Of a stretch of DNA of 64,000 nt, positions 25,737-64,000 are shown piece after piece. Source of the stretch: Octopus sinensis. Taxonomy: Eukaryota. A model generated the notes under the pieces. It worked only from the letters and a program-made list of their open reading frames with translations. It searched no databases and was not told the DNA's origin. Position 1 is the stretch's first letter, and every line of letters starts with the position of its first letter. The stretch lies in assembly GCF_006345805.1 (NCBI RefSeq), contig NC_043019.1, positions 17,111,360 to 17,175,359 on the forward strand. The letters run 5' to 3'. The translations under genes and the position numbers were made by a program.

Positions 25737-26370
25737 GTATATACGGACTTCCTAATGATGGACTTAGGAAGGAAGGAAAGATGAAAAGAGGAAGTATTTA
25801 AATGTCAAGAAAGTCAAGAGAGCAGAGGCGGGTGTTGGGGGGGGGGTAGAAGCGTTTAAGTTTTTAAAAATTCTTTCCGCAAAGAAATTCTCTCGGATTT
25901 TCGGAATACTTTAAAAAAAAAAAAAGAATTACAGATCAACCCGTGAGAAGAATAAAATCTCTCAACATATCTGTTGTGTTTCATTTAATCTACTACATTT
26001 GGAAGTCTTTCTTCTTGAATTCAGTAGATTAAATGAAGACACCACTAAGCTGTTGGATTCATTTCGGCTAATGCCAGGCGTAATTGAAAAGATCTACAAT
26101 CAAAGGCATCACCGTCACCACTGTACCATTTTTTTTTTCATGGCTAATGTAACCTTTCTTTATTTAAAACAGTAAGATGAAATTTCAGGAAATTCAACTG
26201 CTCTTTCTAGCAGGTTAAATGACTGTTGGTTTGATGCAGTTTTTTTGGTAATGTATAAATTACACAGGTGAGAACCTCCTAAATATCAACCTGACTATTG
26301 ATCAATTGAGTTTCAAGTTCAAGATTAATGTATCTTTCAGACTTCGGACCTACTGGCCAACGATGTTGTG

Positions 26371-27052
26371 GGATCTTTTCCTTTTGAACGGCAGTTTGTA
26401 ACATAATTTCTAGGTAACTAAAAAATGTTAAACTTCATATACTGGTAGAATGTGTTTATAAAACATAATTTTCTCTTGGCTTTATTGAGAAAATTCTATA
26501 GGTTGTAACATATTTCGTCTAAAATTTCTTGCATTTCGCCAACTTTAACCAACCACTGGCGTCCAAGAAAAAAGATACCCTTGCCCCACCCCTAACTAGG
26601 ATCGATACTAGGGTTATAATTATGGGTGACAATTTCATACGACACCACTAAGTTTTTTATAGCGGTGTCGTATGAAATTGTCACCCATAATTATAACCCT
26701 AGTATCGATCCATTGCATTTCAATCTCTTTTAGGGTTAGTTAGGGCTAGGTTTAGGGGTGTGGAAGGGTATCTTTTTTCTTCACAAATGTAAATAAACCC
26801 AATCTGTTTCTTAAACGAGGGACATATTCATTATGCACAGAATGTTATTTACCTAAATGGACGCCAGTGATTGGTTAAAGTTGCCGAAATGCAAGAAATT
26901 TTAGACGAAATATGTTACAACCTATAGAATTTTCTCAATAAAGCCTAGAGAAAATTATGTTTTATAAACACATTCTACGAGTATACGAAGTTTAAAATTT
27001 TTTAGTTACCTAGAAATTATGTTACAAACTGCCGTTCAAAAGGAAAAGATCC
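26371..27052. mobile_element. Foldback/MITE-like element with ~200-bp TIRs and an internal perfect 48-bp palindrome
   Basis: GGATCTTTTCCTTTTGAACGGCAG...CTGCCGTTCAAAAGGAAAAGATCC ends; inner arms 26599-26646 and 26664-26711 are exact reverse complements. No TSD seen. Confidence 0.85.
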
Positions 27053-29357
27053 GAGAAGCGTAGTGCAGAGCATCCATGCAGCTGAAATCCAGAAGATGCG
27101 ATCGAGGAAATTATTCCATGAGGCGTAGATAAACCATAAAACGTCAGGAATTATAAGAAATGAATATTATTTATTTAACCATTTGACATCCTTAAGGTTA
27201 CAGCTGTTTCGAAGTTTTCATTTCAGAGTGGAATAAAATTATGTTTACATGCTAGCATTATACTATTGTGCATTCACAAATCAAATGCAAATAAAGAAAG
27301 CTCGCTCATCAGCTTTCTTTGTTTGCATTGATATGCGGATATACAATTGTACTGTATAATGCCTAGTGTGCATATTAATGTAAACACAATTTTATTCCAC
27401 ACAGAACTTAGTTCTACACGAAGACTGCAAAACGGCCATAGCCCTAAGGATATCATGTGGTTAAATATATTCATATCTCGTACTTCCTGAGTTTATAGAT
27501 ACATATACATATATATATATATCTGGCGCAGCCTCCTGGCTTCCCAGACCCCAGTCGAACCATTCAACCCATGCTAGCATGGAAAACGGACGTTAAACGA
27601 TGACAATGATGATATATATATACATACACACACACACACATATATATACGATGTATCTTACATGTAGGTATAAATAATAGCTCATAATACTAAGAAAAAC
27701 ACTTCAGCAGGCAAAAGAGAAAACGATAAAGAGGAGGAAAACCAGCTGCGTGACATGAACTCTTGTTACTGAGAGGAGTGTGGTACCAAGTTAGAAAGTA
27801 CTTCTATACAGATGTGCTAGTATGACCGGCTAGTTTGTAACCTACTTTCAAGTTTTAGGTATCTCTCGACACAATCAGTCGGTGACATTCTCAATTCTCC
27901 CACCCTACCCATTCTTAAATCCAGTGGAGTGTGGATAATGTAACGGTGAGAAAAAGGGAGGGGCCAGGTTGCACTGGTACTTGGCTATTAGTCATTTTCA
28001 GTGTAGATAGGTGTAATGGGTAACGAAACACCTTGCCGAAGAACATGACACACCTCCCAGCCTAGGAATTTTAATGCATCACCTTATGATCAGGAGTGCT
28101 TCACCATGGCCTTTGCATTACGTGTCTCAACACACTCACACATACTTTTGGCAAATAAAAAACAAGACCTTTTATGTAGATATTATTCTATAGAGAGAAT
28201 ATTGCAACAATTGAGGTAAAGTCTCACAGAACACAGTGCCATTGGCAGAAGAATAAAACCAATTTAAAACCTAGTAGAGTTCCCAAATCATCAGAACGAC
28301 ACGGGTTTTGCACTGAATTTGAGACATAATGAAAAGGAAACATGAATTTCATGGCCATCATTCAACGTCCATTTTTCTATGCTTGCATGGATCAGACGGA
28401 ATTTGTTGAGGTTGGTTTTATGCAGCCAGATGCCCTTCCTGTTGCCAACTCTCACCTGTTTTCAAGATGACATCTCCCCATAACCAGACAGGTTTTCCAC
28501 AGATTATAAATGAACATTGCTTATATGACAGTAATGCCTGTTTACAACCATCTTGTGATGTCAAAACAAGGGTGCACACAAAACACGTATGTGCGCAAGT
28601 GTATCAGGCTTTTTTCACCCAAATTCACTCAATTTGGTCGGTCCAGGGGTTATAGCAAAGGACACTTGAACAAGATGCCATGCAGCGAGGTTGAACCAGA
28701 GACCACATGGTTGAGAAGCAAGTTCCTTGACCACCCTGCCACAGACTAAGCATCTAATAATCATTCATTAATTCCAAAGTCAGGTGAAACAAAACAGCTT
28801 CTCCATTCTTCTAAGTGTTTAACAAAGCTGTTTATTCACAGCAGAAACTTTGTCTTCTTCGTATAAGGTTTCTTAAAACAACAGGAATTTAAGCGAGAAC
28901 ACCAATGCTCTCTCTCTCTCTCAATTCCCAGTAGTAGCCTGCTGCTCTACAACTTGCACCATCTACTTGTTTCACATGAACAGCAGTGGAAAATACATCT
29001 TCAAACTGTTATTTGCTGACAATTGCATTTTCCTCCCAAACAGAAATAGTGATGCAGTAAATTGCTAACTATTTCTCTGAAGCTGCCAAAACATTTCAAC
29101 ATACACGATCTTTCTTTTCTTTTTAATTGAAAGAAAACAAAAAATAGCAAACCAGCCACGGCCATTAGAAGAAGCTTAGCAACCCTCAACCAGGATGATT
29201 CCACAACCAACCACACTGCAGAACAGGTTTCACATCCCAGCCTTGGTAGTGTCATATTTAACATCACATTATTCAGTCAATCACCCAAAACTATTGACAA
29301 CATTAAGATTGAATTTATATTCCTCAAATTGTGGTTAATATTTATAAACAACAAATA

Positions 29358-29738
29358 GGCGCAGGAGTGGCTGTGTGGTAAGTAGCTCGTTTACCAACCA
29401 CATGGTTCCGGGTTCAGTCCCACTGCGTAGCACCTTGGGCAAGTATCTTCTACTATAGCCTCAGGCCGACCAAAGCCTTGTGAGTGGATTTGGTAGACGG
29501 AAACTAAAAGAAGCCCATCGTATATATGTATATATATGCGTGTGTGTGTTTGTCCCCCTAGCATTGCTTGACAACCGATGCTGGTGTGTTTATGTCCCCG
29601 TTACTAAGCGGTTCGGCAAAAGAGACCGATAGAATAAATACTGGGCTTACAAAAGAATAAGTCCCGGGGTCGAGTTGCTCGATTAAAGGCGGTGCTCCAG
29701 CATGGCCGCAGTCAAATGACTGAAACAAGTAAAAAAGT
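29358..29738 (+). mobile_element. SINE family A, full length
   Basis: Head ggcgcaggagtggctgtgtggtaagtagc, (TA)(TG) spacer, tail ..ccagcatggccgcagtcaaatgactgaaacaagtaaaa. Confidence 0.9.
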
Positions 29739-30603
29739 AACTACATTCTAATATTCACTGTAGCTGTTGAGAATTTTATCTACCAGAAGCAGAAATAATG
29801 CAATCAATGATGTTTACTTGGCTGTTAATTATTCAAACTCATTTTGCTCCATGCTAATTAACTTTTAGCTGCATATAATTGAATTCCAAGATTATTACTA
29901 TTTTAAGCATTTTAAAGCAATCTAATTTGACGAGGACAGGCTTTCTTTTTTTTTTTCTCTTACATAGCTTTATTGCTTTTGTAAATGATTCGATATTTTC
30001 AGTGTAGTCATTGTTCCTTCTACCCACAATGGTTGTGTCATGGGAATTTAACCATCATTCCAAAGAGCACCTATCCAATAACACCTGTTACGAACCTACT
30101 CGACTCAGGACGAAGGCAACATATGTCCTCAGCAAGGCTTTTGAGCAGAAGGAATGAAATCTATTCTGAGACACTGCAACCAAATCTTCAATTTTCCAAA
30201 ATGTCATCAACATGGACACATTGGCAAAGAGGAAGCCTTATGAGGAGAGTCAATGTGTACAACCAAACCAGCAGCAATGGTTTTACACAGTAAAGAACTT
30301 GAGTAAATCACATAGAAACTGCATTTGGCCAATGCAGCTAACAAACAGGATTTATTCAACTGTGAAACCTCTTCACGACCAAACTCACACAGATTTTCAG
30401 TTTGCAGAAACCAAATTTTACAGATATAGAGTAGAACTAGACATATTAAAATCAGGAACACAAAGATCTTTGATTTTTTCCCTGGAATCCTAAGTTGGAC
30501 GTCAGTCTGGAGAAGGTAGCACATGGCTATGAGCAAGCTGAATGAGAGAAAGACCCTAAGCAAATAAATGCTTCCACCTCTGACAGCTGAGGAAACCCAA
30601 GAG

Positions 30604-30757
30604 CAGTAGTTTTCAAGCATCCCTCTGGCAATCCCCAACAGTCTCCCCTCTATAAATAAACTTTTCTTTGACTTGTCTTACCTTTTTTTGGTGCAGACCC
30701 CTAAAAAATCCCAGGCTGTGGATCTGGTTCAGATATTAGAAAATTTGAAAACCACTG
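30604..30757. mobile_element. Degenerate hAT MITE
   Basis: cagtagttttcaa...ttgaaaaccactg ends; flanks cccaagag/gccaagaa (6/8 match). Confidence 0.5.
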
Positions 30758-30957
30758 GCCAAGAACAAAATGACATTTTTGGACAAACCCTTAATTGTAG
30801 TCACATTCACTTGCCAAGTGACCATTTAAAATATGATAGGGAGACTGTCATGAGACAGGTTCAGCAACCCAACCAAGGTCTATGATTGCTGTACTTTGAC
30901 CGACATAGATTCTATGTACACTTAATACTTATATACAATGAAATCATTGACATAGAG

Positions 30958-31058
30958 CAGTGCTTTTCAAACGTTTTGCTGGAGCGAAACCCCAAGGAAA
31001 CATTCCACTGGTTCGAGGAACCTCTGTGCAATAATTTAATTGTCTTATGCACACATAT
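30958..31058 (+). mobile_element. Left half of hAT MITE (same family as 32910-33110), truncated by SINE A
   Basis: Colinear with 32910-33010 until the SINE A head at 31059. Confidence 0.8.
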
Positions 31059-31440
31059 GCGCAGGAGTGGCTATGTGGTAAGTAGCTTGCTAACCAACCA
31101 CATGGTTGCGGGTTCAGTCCCACTGCGTGGCATCTTGGGCAAGTGTCTTCTGCTATAGCCCCGGGCCGACTAATGCCTTGTGAGTGGATTTGGTAGACGG
31201 AAACTGAAAGAAGCCCGTCGTATATATATATATATGTGTGTGTGATTGTGTGTCCCCCTAGCATTGCTTGACAATTGTGTTTACGTCCCTGTCACTTAGC
31301 GGTTCGGCAAAAGAGACCGATAGAATAAGTACTGAGCTTACAAAGAATATGTCTTGGGGTTGATTTGCTCGACTAAAGGCGGTGCTCCAGCATGGCCGCA
31401 GTCAACTGACTGAAACAAGTAAAAGAGTAAAGAGTAAAAG
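31059..31440 (+). mobile_element. SINE family A
   Basis: Same head, spacer and tail as 29358-29738; ends in gagtaaaagag(ag)n. Confidence 0.9.
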
Positions 31441-32909
31441 AGAGAGAGAGAGAGAGAGCAGTGAGACTGGAGCAGCAACAGTAGCTAGGATGGCAAGATC
31501 CACATCAGGGACTCAAAAGAACCTTCTTATAAGGTTTGCAACAGTGTTCACTCATTATTTATCAAGTCGTTTACATTTCAATATATTTTTGTTTTAAATG
31601 TATAAAAACATGTCTATTTAAACTGATGCTGTTGATGACAAAAACCTCAAATTGAAATTTATTATTAAAGCCAGGTTTGAGAATTAAAAATACTGATGCA
31701 TTTATTTGTGTAGGTTTTGTATAACAAACCCTATTCTAATATGACAAGTGTTGTGTGTTCACCAAAGTAATCAGCAACATTTAAAGCTATCCTTCAATCG
31801 ACAAGTTTTCTATATTATACCAAGGTGGTGTCTATACTCTCCAGCATTGATTTGATTTGATGAAATCAGTTAGCTTCCTTGTCACAAAAGATGAGGCACA
31901 CACACACACACATCTGTGACATATTGATGGAACAGTATCTGTTGTGGCTGCAGAATCAAAATTCTAAAAGGACTGTTTGTTCTTGAAACCTTATCAACAC
32001 ACTTAGTAATTGTCTACAAATGTAAATCTGGTCACATGAGCTCAGTCCTTCCACCTCTGCCACATCTCCAGCCGGCTGACTAAATACATATCTGTAAGAG
32101 ATGTTATTGCTCAAGCTTTACTCTAAGTTGTAAATTTCTTCACTGTATGACCTTGAGGTCAACTGTTGTTTTAGTGTGTTTCTTCAGTTTCACCATCAAT
32201 TAAACGACAACCATCAACGCAGGATGGCTGTGTGGTAACGGGTTCAGTTCCACTGCGTGGCACCTTGGGCAAGTGTCTTCTACTATAGCCTCAGGCTGAC
32301 CAGAGCCTTGTGAGTGGATTTGGTAGACGGAAACTGAAAGAAATAACTCGACCCCGGGAGATAACTGGTTTTACAAGCTTCAAGAGATAAATGTAGTACC
32401 AAACATGAAAAAAAAAGGGGGGGGGGGTCAAAATATTCTCGTTACTATTTTTCTGCTTATATATATTATTACAAGAAATAAAGCTAATTAAAAATAATTG
32501 TAACCCTATTCCACTGACTTGCATCAAAGACCCTAGATACTTTAAGCAGTGATCAAGACGGGACCAGCCCTGAATGCCTGCAGCTCCGTGGCAACAGTTG
32601 TGCATCAGTAAATTCCTCATTGACCCAATCACATAATTAGAATTACTGGTTGTTGTTATAACAATGAAAATGTCTGAAGAACAACAACAACATGCAGGGA
32701 TAAATGGTGGATCGAGAGGAGGAATGAGAACCAGTTCACAGAGCAACGGGCATTGAGAGAGCAGACACAGGATAATGTCTCCTTAATGCAAATTGTCAAA
32801 TAACAGCCCCATCCAAGAGTTGTATTGTTGTTAGTAGAGAGACCAGTTTTCACAGACAATGAATGGAATTCAGGAAATCCCTCCCTGTACTACAGATGTT
32901 TGTCTAGAG

Positions 32910-33110
32910 CAGTGCTTTTCAAACATTTTGCTGGAGCAGAACCCCAAGGAAACATTTCACTGGCTCGAGGAACCCCTGTGCAATAATTTAATTGTCTTAT
33001 GCACACATATCTGCACAGGAGAATTAAAAATTACTGCCGATTTTAGCATTTTTCTAACTTCTTGCGGAACCCCTGGACTGTACTGGCAGAACCCTGGTTG
33101 AAAACCACTG
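32910..33110. mobile_element. Complete 201-bp hAT (Charlie-like) MITE
   Basis: TIR CAGTGCTTTTCAA / TTGAAAACCACTG and a perfect 8-bp TSD GTCTAGAG (32902-32909, 33111-33118). Confidence 0.9.
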
Positions 33111-34961
33111 GTCTAGAGTATGAAGTTCAAATCCACAAGTTGGGTGTCTGTAACCCAACACTGAAACTAAGATAAGGGACCTCTGATTTTTCAGTTAGTA
33201 TAAAGTACAACCTCCTTCAGGTAACAGACCCTTCTACCCTTATAAGCTGGGGGCCATTAATTCTGTAGTCGCACTACAGAATTTACAGAAAGGTTTTAAC
33301 ATCCTTGAAAACTATTTCAGCTTATGTTGATATCACTTAAATAGGGATGAGATAACTAAGTTCCATCCACTTTAAAGATGACCTCAACCTTAACCAGAGT
33401 TTGCACTTATAAAGATACATCGCTAATTTCCAAATATTCACTGCTGTGTCTAACATTTGTTGTCATATCAACTTGAAGTTCTCCACTTCAGAAGTTTCTC
33501 TCAACCCCAAACTGACTTTTGTCTATCAATAAACCAGAAATTTTACATTGATGCTGCTTTTTCTCAAACTTCATCACTTGAAACACTTTAATCCTTCAAT
33601 TGAGATGTTTTACCATTTTTTTTTCTTGCTTCATATTTTAATATCTTCCAAGAACCATTCAATAAATGGTTCTCCAGGTTTTTAGCTCCTGTCTCCATTG
33701 TTTCAAATAACAAACTTATAATTCTTCACTCCATCCTCTCACATGAACATTGTTCTACCAAATCGATTAAAAATACCATAAAAACCAATGGATAGCTTGT
33801 CCCATTACGTCTTTAAGAAAAGTATAGAAATTACTAGAACTTGTTCCTGATTCCTTGATGAACCTCGATTAATTTCCTCCTGGAAATCATTATAATCTTT
33901 CCTGACAACAATCATTGATTTACCAACATTGATCAGAGTAGAGCAAGTCAGCAGAGAAGAAGGAATTTACTGCCTGACAACATCATACTTTCATTTACAA
34001 TGAAAAACCACTCACAATCAGTTTTATTAAAAAGTTGGAGAAGGAACCAAGAAGATATAAAGTTAAAATTAAGGCTCTATAGACAAAAGCTTGTGTTTAT
34101 TTCTTGTTATCGTTATAACTGGTTTTACAAGGTCATAAAACTGTATATGGGGAAAAAAATGGAAAAAAAAAAAATCCTGACAAAATTGAGAACTGAAAGC
34201 TTCCATCAAAATACAGAAAGAATAAATAGCCAAGGTTTTCTTGAGATGACTGGACACATCTGTGATGAGTAAACATGTGAGATGGGTCTTGCTCTGGTCT
34301 GGTCTGAACATTAGCTATCACTGGTCAAGTATTTTTTAAACTGCTTCATCACTAACAGTTCTGATGTGTTTGGAAACTTATTCAGAAGAAGAATACAAAA
34401 TAACTGCCATTCTACTGATTATATTGTATTGACAAAGGCCAATGAAAAGGAGAGGAAAAAAAACTATACTGAAGAAAATATTTATGAATACATTTTTACC
34501 ATTTAAATAGTGGGTTTCCACTAGGAAGCAGGTATGCAGCTATGAAACAGAAAGAGATGAACGTGAGAAGCAGGAGTAGGAAAAACAGGAGGGGAAAAAA
34601 AAAGGAGAAAAAAAAAACTATCTAGTTTAAAGTAATTATTAATTAAATGAGTGTAATTGCTCACCAAACTGGAAATTAAATCTGCAGGATTTATAAAATG
34701 ATTAAAACAAATGTAGCAGATGGATGGGGGAAATGGATGGAGTTATGAAGAATTAGAGGAGGGAGAGGAAGAAAAAAAAACTGTTTAGGAACACTTTGGT
34801 GACTTCAAATGTGTCTCACTGAGAAAACAGACAAAAGACCTAAATTAATGGAAACAGAGATAAGCAGACGGTTTCTTGACTTGTTGAACAAGATGAAGCA
34901 CCAAATTATAAATATACAAAGCTAGTTAAAATTCAAAATATGCAAAAAAAAAATCATTACA

Positions 34962-34996
<35 letters not shown>

Positions 34997-35448
34997 TAAT
35001 AATAATGATAATTAATAAATAAATAAATAAAAAATACACTGAAATCCAGTTGAGAAATGGAATTAGCAAGGAATACATTTGTGGTTGTCCTGCAAGTATA
35101 ATGTGTCTATTATATAGAATCTCCTATGATGCAGGTACCAAGTATGGTATCATAAAAAATATTATAATTTCAATATCTGAAATGATACTGCAAATAGATG
35201 CTGTCTCAGTGTTTAACTGATCATACATCAAAGAGGTCGCAAATATTTTGAGACCGAAATATGTGTGCTTCGTAAAATGGTTCTGTGATTCCCTATAGGA
35301 AGTCCATGTGACACACAGCTGAGATGATTAACAAATATACAGTTTGTAGTGCACTGGAGTACCTTCTGAATGGTCGTCTTTGGAAAAAAAAGAAGTACCA
35401 GCACAACTGACACCAGCTCTGCAACAACAGGCTGAGCAAGTGAAATTC

Positions 35449-61241
<25,793 letters not shown>

Positions 61242-61542
61242 CTGAAAATATTCAACAAAATAAGGTTGATTTAGCTTCAATTTTCATCTCTAAACACAGT
61301 AAATTTAACAATTTCCAGGCAACTTTCACCATCCAAATTTTTTTTAAAATCAAAAATTACAAAAACTCAGTTGAAATAGTTTTGTTTGTGTGTTGAGCAG
61401 TTTTAGATCACAAGCAATACAACTGAAACTAAACTCATCAAACATTTGGTTGACTGTATTAACAACTGAACAGTGATTTAGAAATGATATTGTAAAATTT
61501 TAGTTTCCTCTCGGTTTTATCCTCCATACTCATCATGCATTA

Positions 61543-61574
<32 letters not shown>

Positions 61575-62899
61575 GCTATAAAAACGTGATGTGCTCAGTT
61601 ACAAAATAAAAAGTTAATATTGAATTTCCCTATAACAAAAGCTGCTAAATTCTAAATAAATTTAAAGGGTAATGGATACCAAAACTGAATTCTGTGTAAA
61701 ATGCTTAATTCTCTTCAATTAAAAATGATAACGAGCAAAGATAATCAAGGACATGCTATTATAGAAATATTTATCAGTCTTAGATTCAATTATAAATTCA
61801 AATATAATAATTACTATTCTAAACGCCAACATATTCAATATTACACAGCATAAGTACTGGTACGATGTAAATGCGGATTAAGTTAGTTTCATTAAATTGT
61901 AGATACAACTCAGTAAAAAAAGTAATAACAATGGGTTAAGGAAAATGGAATAAATTGATAGTGTTATTCATTATAGAAGAGACTGTATGTTTTGTTTATG
62001 TCAGGTACATAAATCTTCAAGACTACCACCATCATCATCATCATCATCAAGGTTAACATGATGTAAGGTAGGTCTGGAGAGATTGTAAAAATGTTAAAAC
62101 TTTAGATGTGTGCTGTACAGGAGAGGGGGGTGGGGGTCTCCAGCCAGGTACCCCATGAACAGAGAGCATAGGTGCTGGGGTGAGTAGGTAGGCATGTTAT
62201 TGGCAGAGAAATAGCTAGATAAATAAGTCAAGGGGCCAGGGTATATGACAGTGACCGCTTCATAAACATCAGTATCAAGACGGACACTTCAGCAAAAGGA
62301 TTGTTTCTATGAAAATGCTTTGCAGAAGACCGTAATAACAAACGAGAGTGACACCATTATCATGGCCCGTGGTTTTAATGGCTACTTTAATGGTACAAGG
62401 AATAAAGAGGAATCTAAGGTCTTGGGGGTTCTGTTACAGAAATGGGCTAAACATTTGCAACACTAACTTCAAGAAGCCAGCCAGCCAGCCAACTGACCAT
62501 TAACAAATCAAGTAAACATGTAAACCAAATAGACTTTATATATATATACCAGGAAACAGGATAAACTGACAGTTGGCTGTGACCTGCTAAGTCTCTCTCA
62601 CTGGTGAAGAAAGAACCAACCAACATAGATTACAGTGATTAGTGACACCAAAGTAAAGAGTCAGAGAGACTCAGAGATACAAATCAATCCAGAGAAGTAA
62701 GGTACATAAGTGAAAAGATGTCTTGATAGAGGTTGGTTCAAAGAAGTGCTACACGAGCCACATCAAAAGAAGGTAGAAGAGATAAAGACAACTGGGAGTT
62801 AGTATGAAGCAACAGATTACGAACCACATCAGTGGATGGAGAAAGATTCCAGCCAGATAAAAGGTAGCATAGGGGTGGCTTGGTACAGTTGATAGAGCT

Positions 62900-63830
62900 A
62901 TAAATGTTGAGAGACAGGCCAGGAAAACTGGAAGAAAGATTGGAGCAAGGAACATTATCAGGTAACAAGTAGAGAAGCCGAAAAAGATTTGTCAATGTCC
63001 TGTGACAAAAGGATCAGAGACAGAAACTGCAGCAGATGGATCCTAAATAAGGATCATCTGATGAAGTCAACAGGTAAAAAAGTGAGGGCAGTAAAAGCAG
63101 TTGAAACATCAGAGATAACCATTGAGATACTGAAAGTATATCTGGCAAGGTCATTTAGCAAAGACAAATAAGTTGTGAGAGCTCTTTGCAAGTCATGTAA
63201 GAGATGCTGTGAGCACAGTGGAAGTTAGCAAGGAATTCAACATGCAGGTAGGTTTCCATCAAGAGACTCATTTCTCAACTCCTGTTTATTACAGTACTTC
63301 AAGCCATAACAGAATAGTTTAAGATCAGGTGCCTGTGGGATCTTCAGTATGCTGATAACTAGTTCTTGTAGGTGAATTTGTCAAAAATTTACAGAAGAAA
63401 TTCCAAAATGTAGAAGCAAAAGGTCAGAAATTAAGCCTAGGAAAAAAAATAAAAGTTTTAGTAAGAAAGAAGAGAGGATACAAGAGCTGTGTGGGAAGCA
63501 GCCAAGTTGAATACAGGTAAAAGAAATAGGTAAGAATACTATCTGGTGTACACAATATAAACTGTGAATGTGACAGGTGTAGTGGAATCGTAAGTAATTT
63601 AAGAGAGAGCAAGGACTTTGGAGTAATGAACAGTAACAGCATCACATTAAATGTATAATGGCAGTGTAAGTGTATGATGGAAGATGAAGGAACTGAGAGA
63701 AGAGAGAAACTAGGTTTTAAGAGGGATTTGTTGTAGTAAGAACAGATGAGACTGCACTGGTATGGATATGTGGATCATATGGAGGATGAGAATTGAGTAA
63801 AGAAGTGTCAAGTAATCTATATGGAAGGAT
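62900..63830 (+). mobile_element. Degenerate RTE LINE RT/C-terminal remnant
   Basis: LLFITVLQAITE*FKIRCLWDLQYADN (RT YADD motif at ~63348), GKNTIWCTQ and RLHWYG...VKKCQ in broken frames. Confidence 0.75.
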
Positions 63831-64000
63831 TGATATAATAGTCAATGACACCAACCAGAGTACTTGACTGGTACTTTCTATCGACCCTGGAAGAAGAAGG
63901 GCAAATCTGACCTAGGTAGGATTTGAACTCTGAAACTAAAGAGCCACAACAAGGTGTTGTGCCTGATGCTTTAAGAATTCTACCAACGCACTACCTTCCA

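Noticed and set aside
29985-30638. ORFs 29985-30293, 30207-30638 and 30212-30493
   Set aside because: No recognisable motifs or usable splice structure; possibly old TE debris.
32666-32750. Plus-strand coding-looking stretch MKMSEEQQQHAGINGGSRGG..*
   Set aside because: Short and low-complexity, with no linked exons found; insufficient support.
33250-33950. Possible degenerate hAT transposase on the minus strand
   Set aside because: Many stops and no confidently recognisable motif without a profile search.
61242-64000. Start codon or upstream exons of GTF3C2
   Set aside because: No convincing phase-0 donor exon was found; the region is largely RTE/SINE relic, so the gene probably continues beyond the window.

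Overview
AT-rich, repeat-dense animal DNA. The SINE families, RTE/Penelope/mariner relics and microsatellite load look cephalopod (Octopus-like; inferred from repeat content, not verified). The main gene is a minus-strand GTF3C2 (TFIIIC110/beta) orthologue. I reconstructed 16 GT-AG exons with consistent phases from 61241 down to a TGA at 35449 (2262 nt, 753 aa; start not found, probably beyond the window). Its C-terminal WD40 part resembles human GTF3C2, but its N-terminal exons encode a tandem C2HC + C2H2 zinc-finger pair and an R/K-rich helix reminiscent of ZNF512/ZNF512B. This is the best candidate for something undescribed. The left ~27.6 kb holds an intact tRNA-Leu(CAG), a chimeric mariner, an RTE 5' fragment, a Penelope fragment with a minimal hammerhead ribozyme, and a nested foldback element. 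That region is visibly CpG-rich, while the right part is CpG-depleted. The GTF3C2 introns hold an inverted SINE pair flanking three exons (circRNA geometry), a ~975-bp tandem duplication, a perfect 463-bp (GTGC)n array, and hAT/piggyBac-like MITEs. No CRISPR array or rRNA was seen. Most ORFs in the supplied track are microsatellite or SINE artefacts. Family names other than the tRNA come from recalled motif similarity, not database searches.
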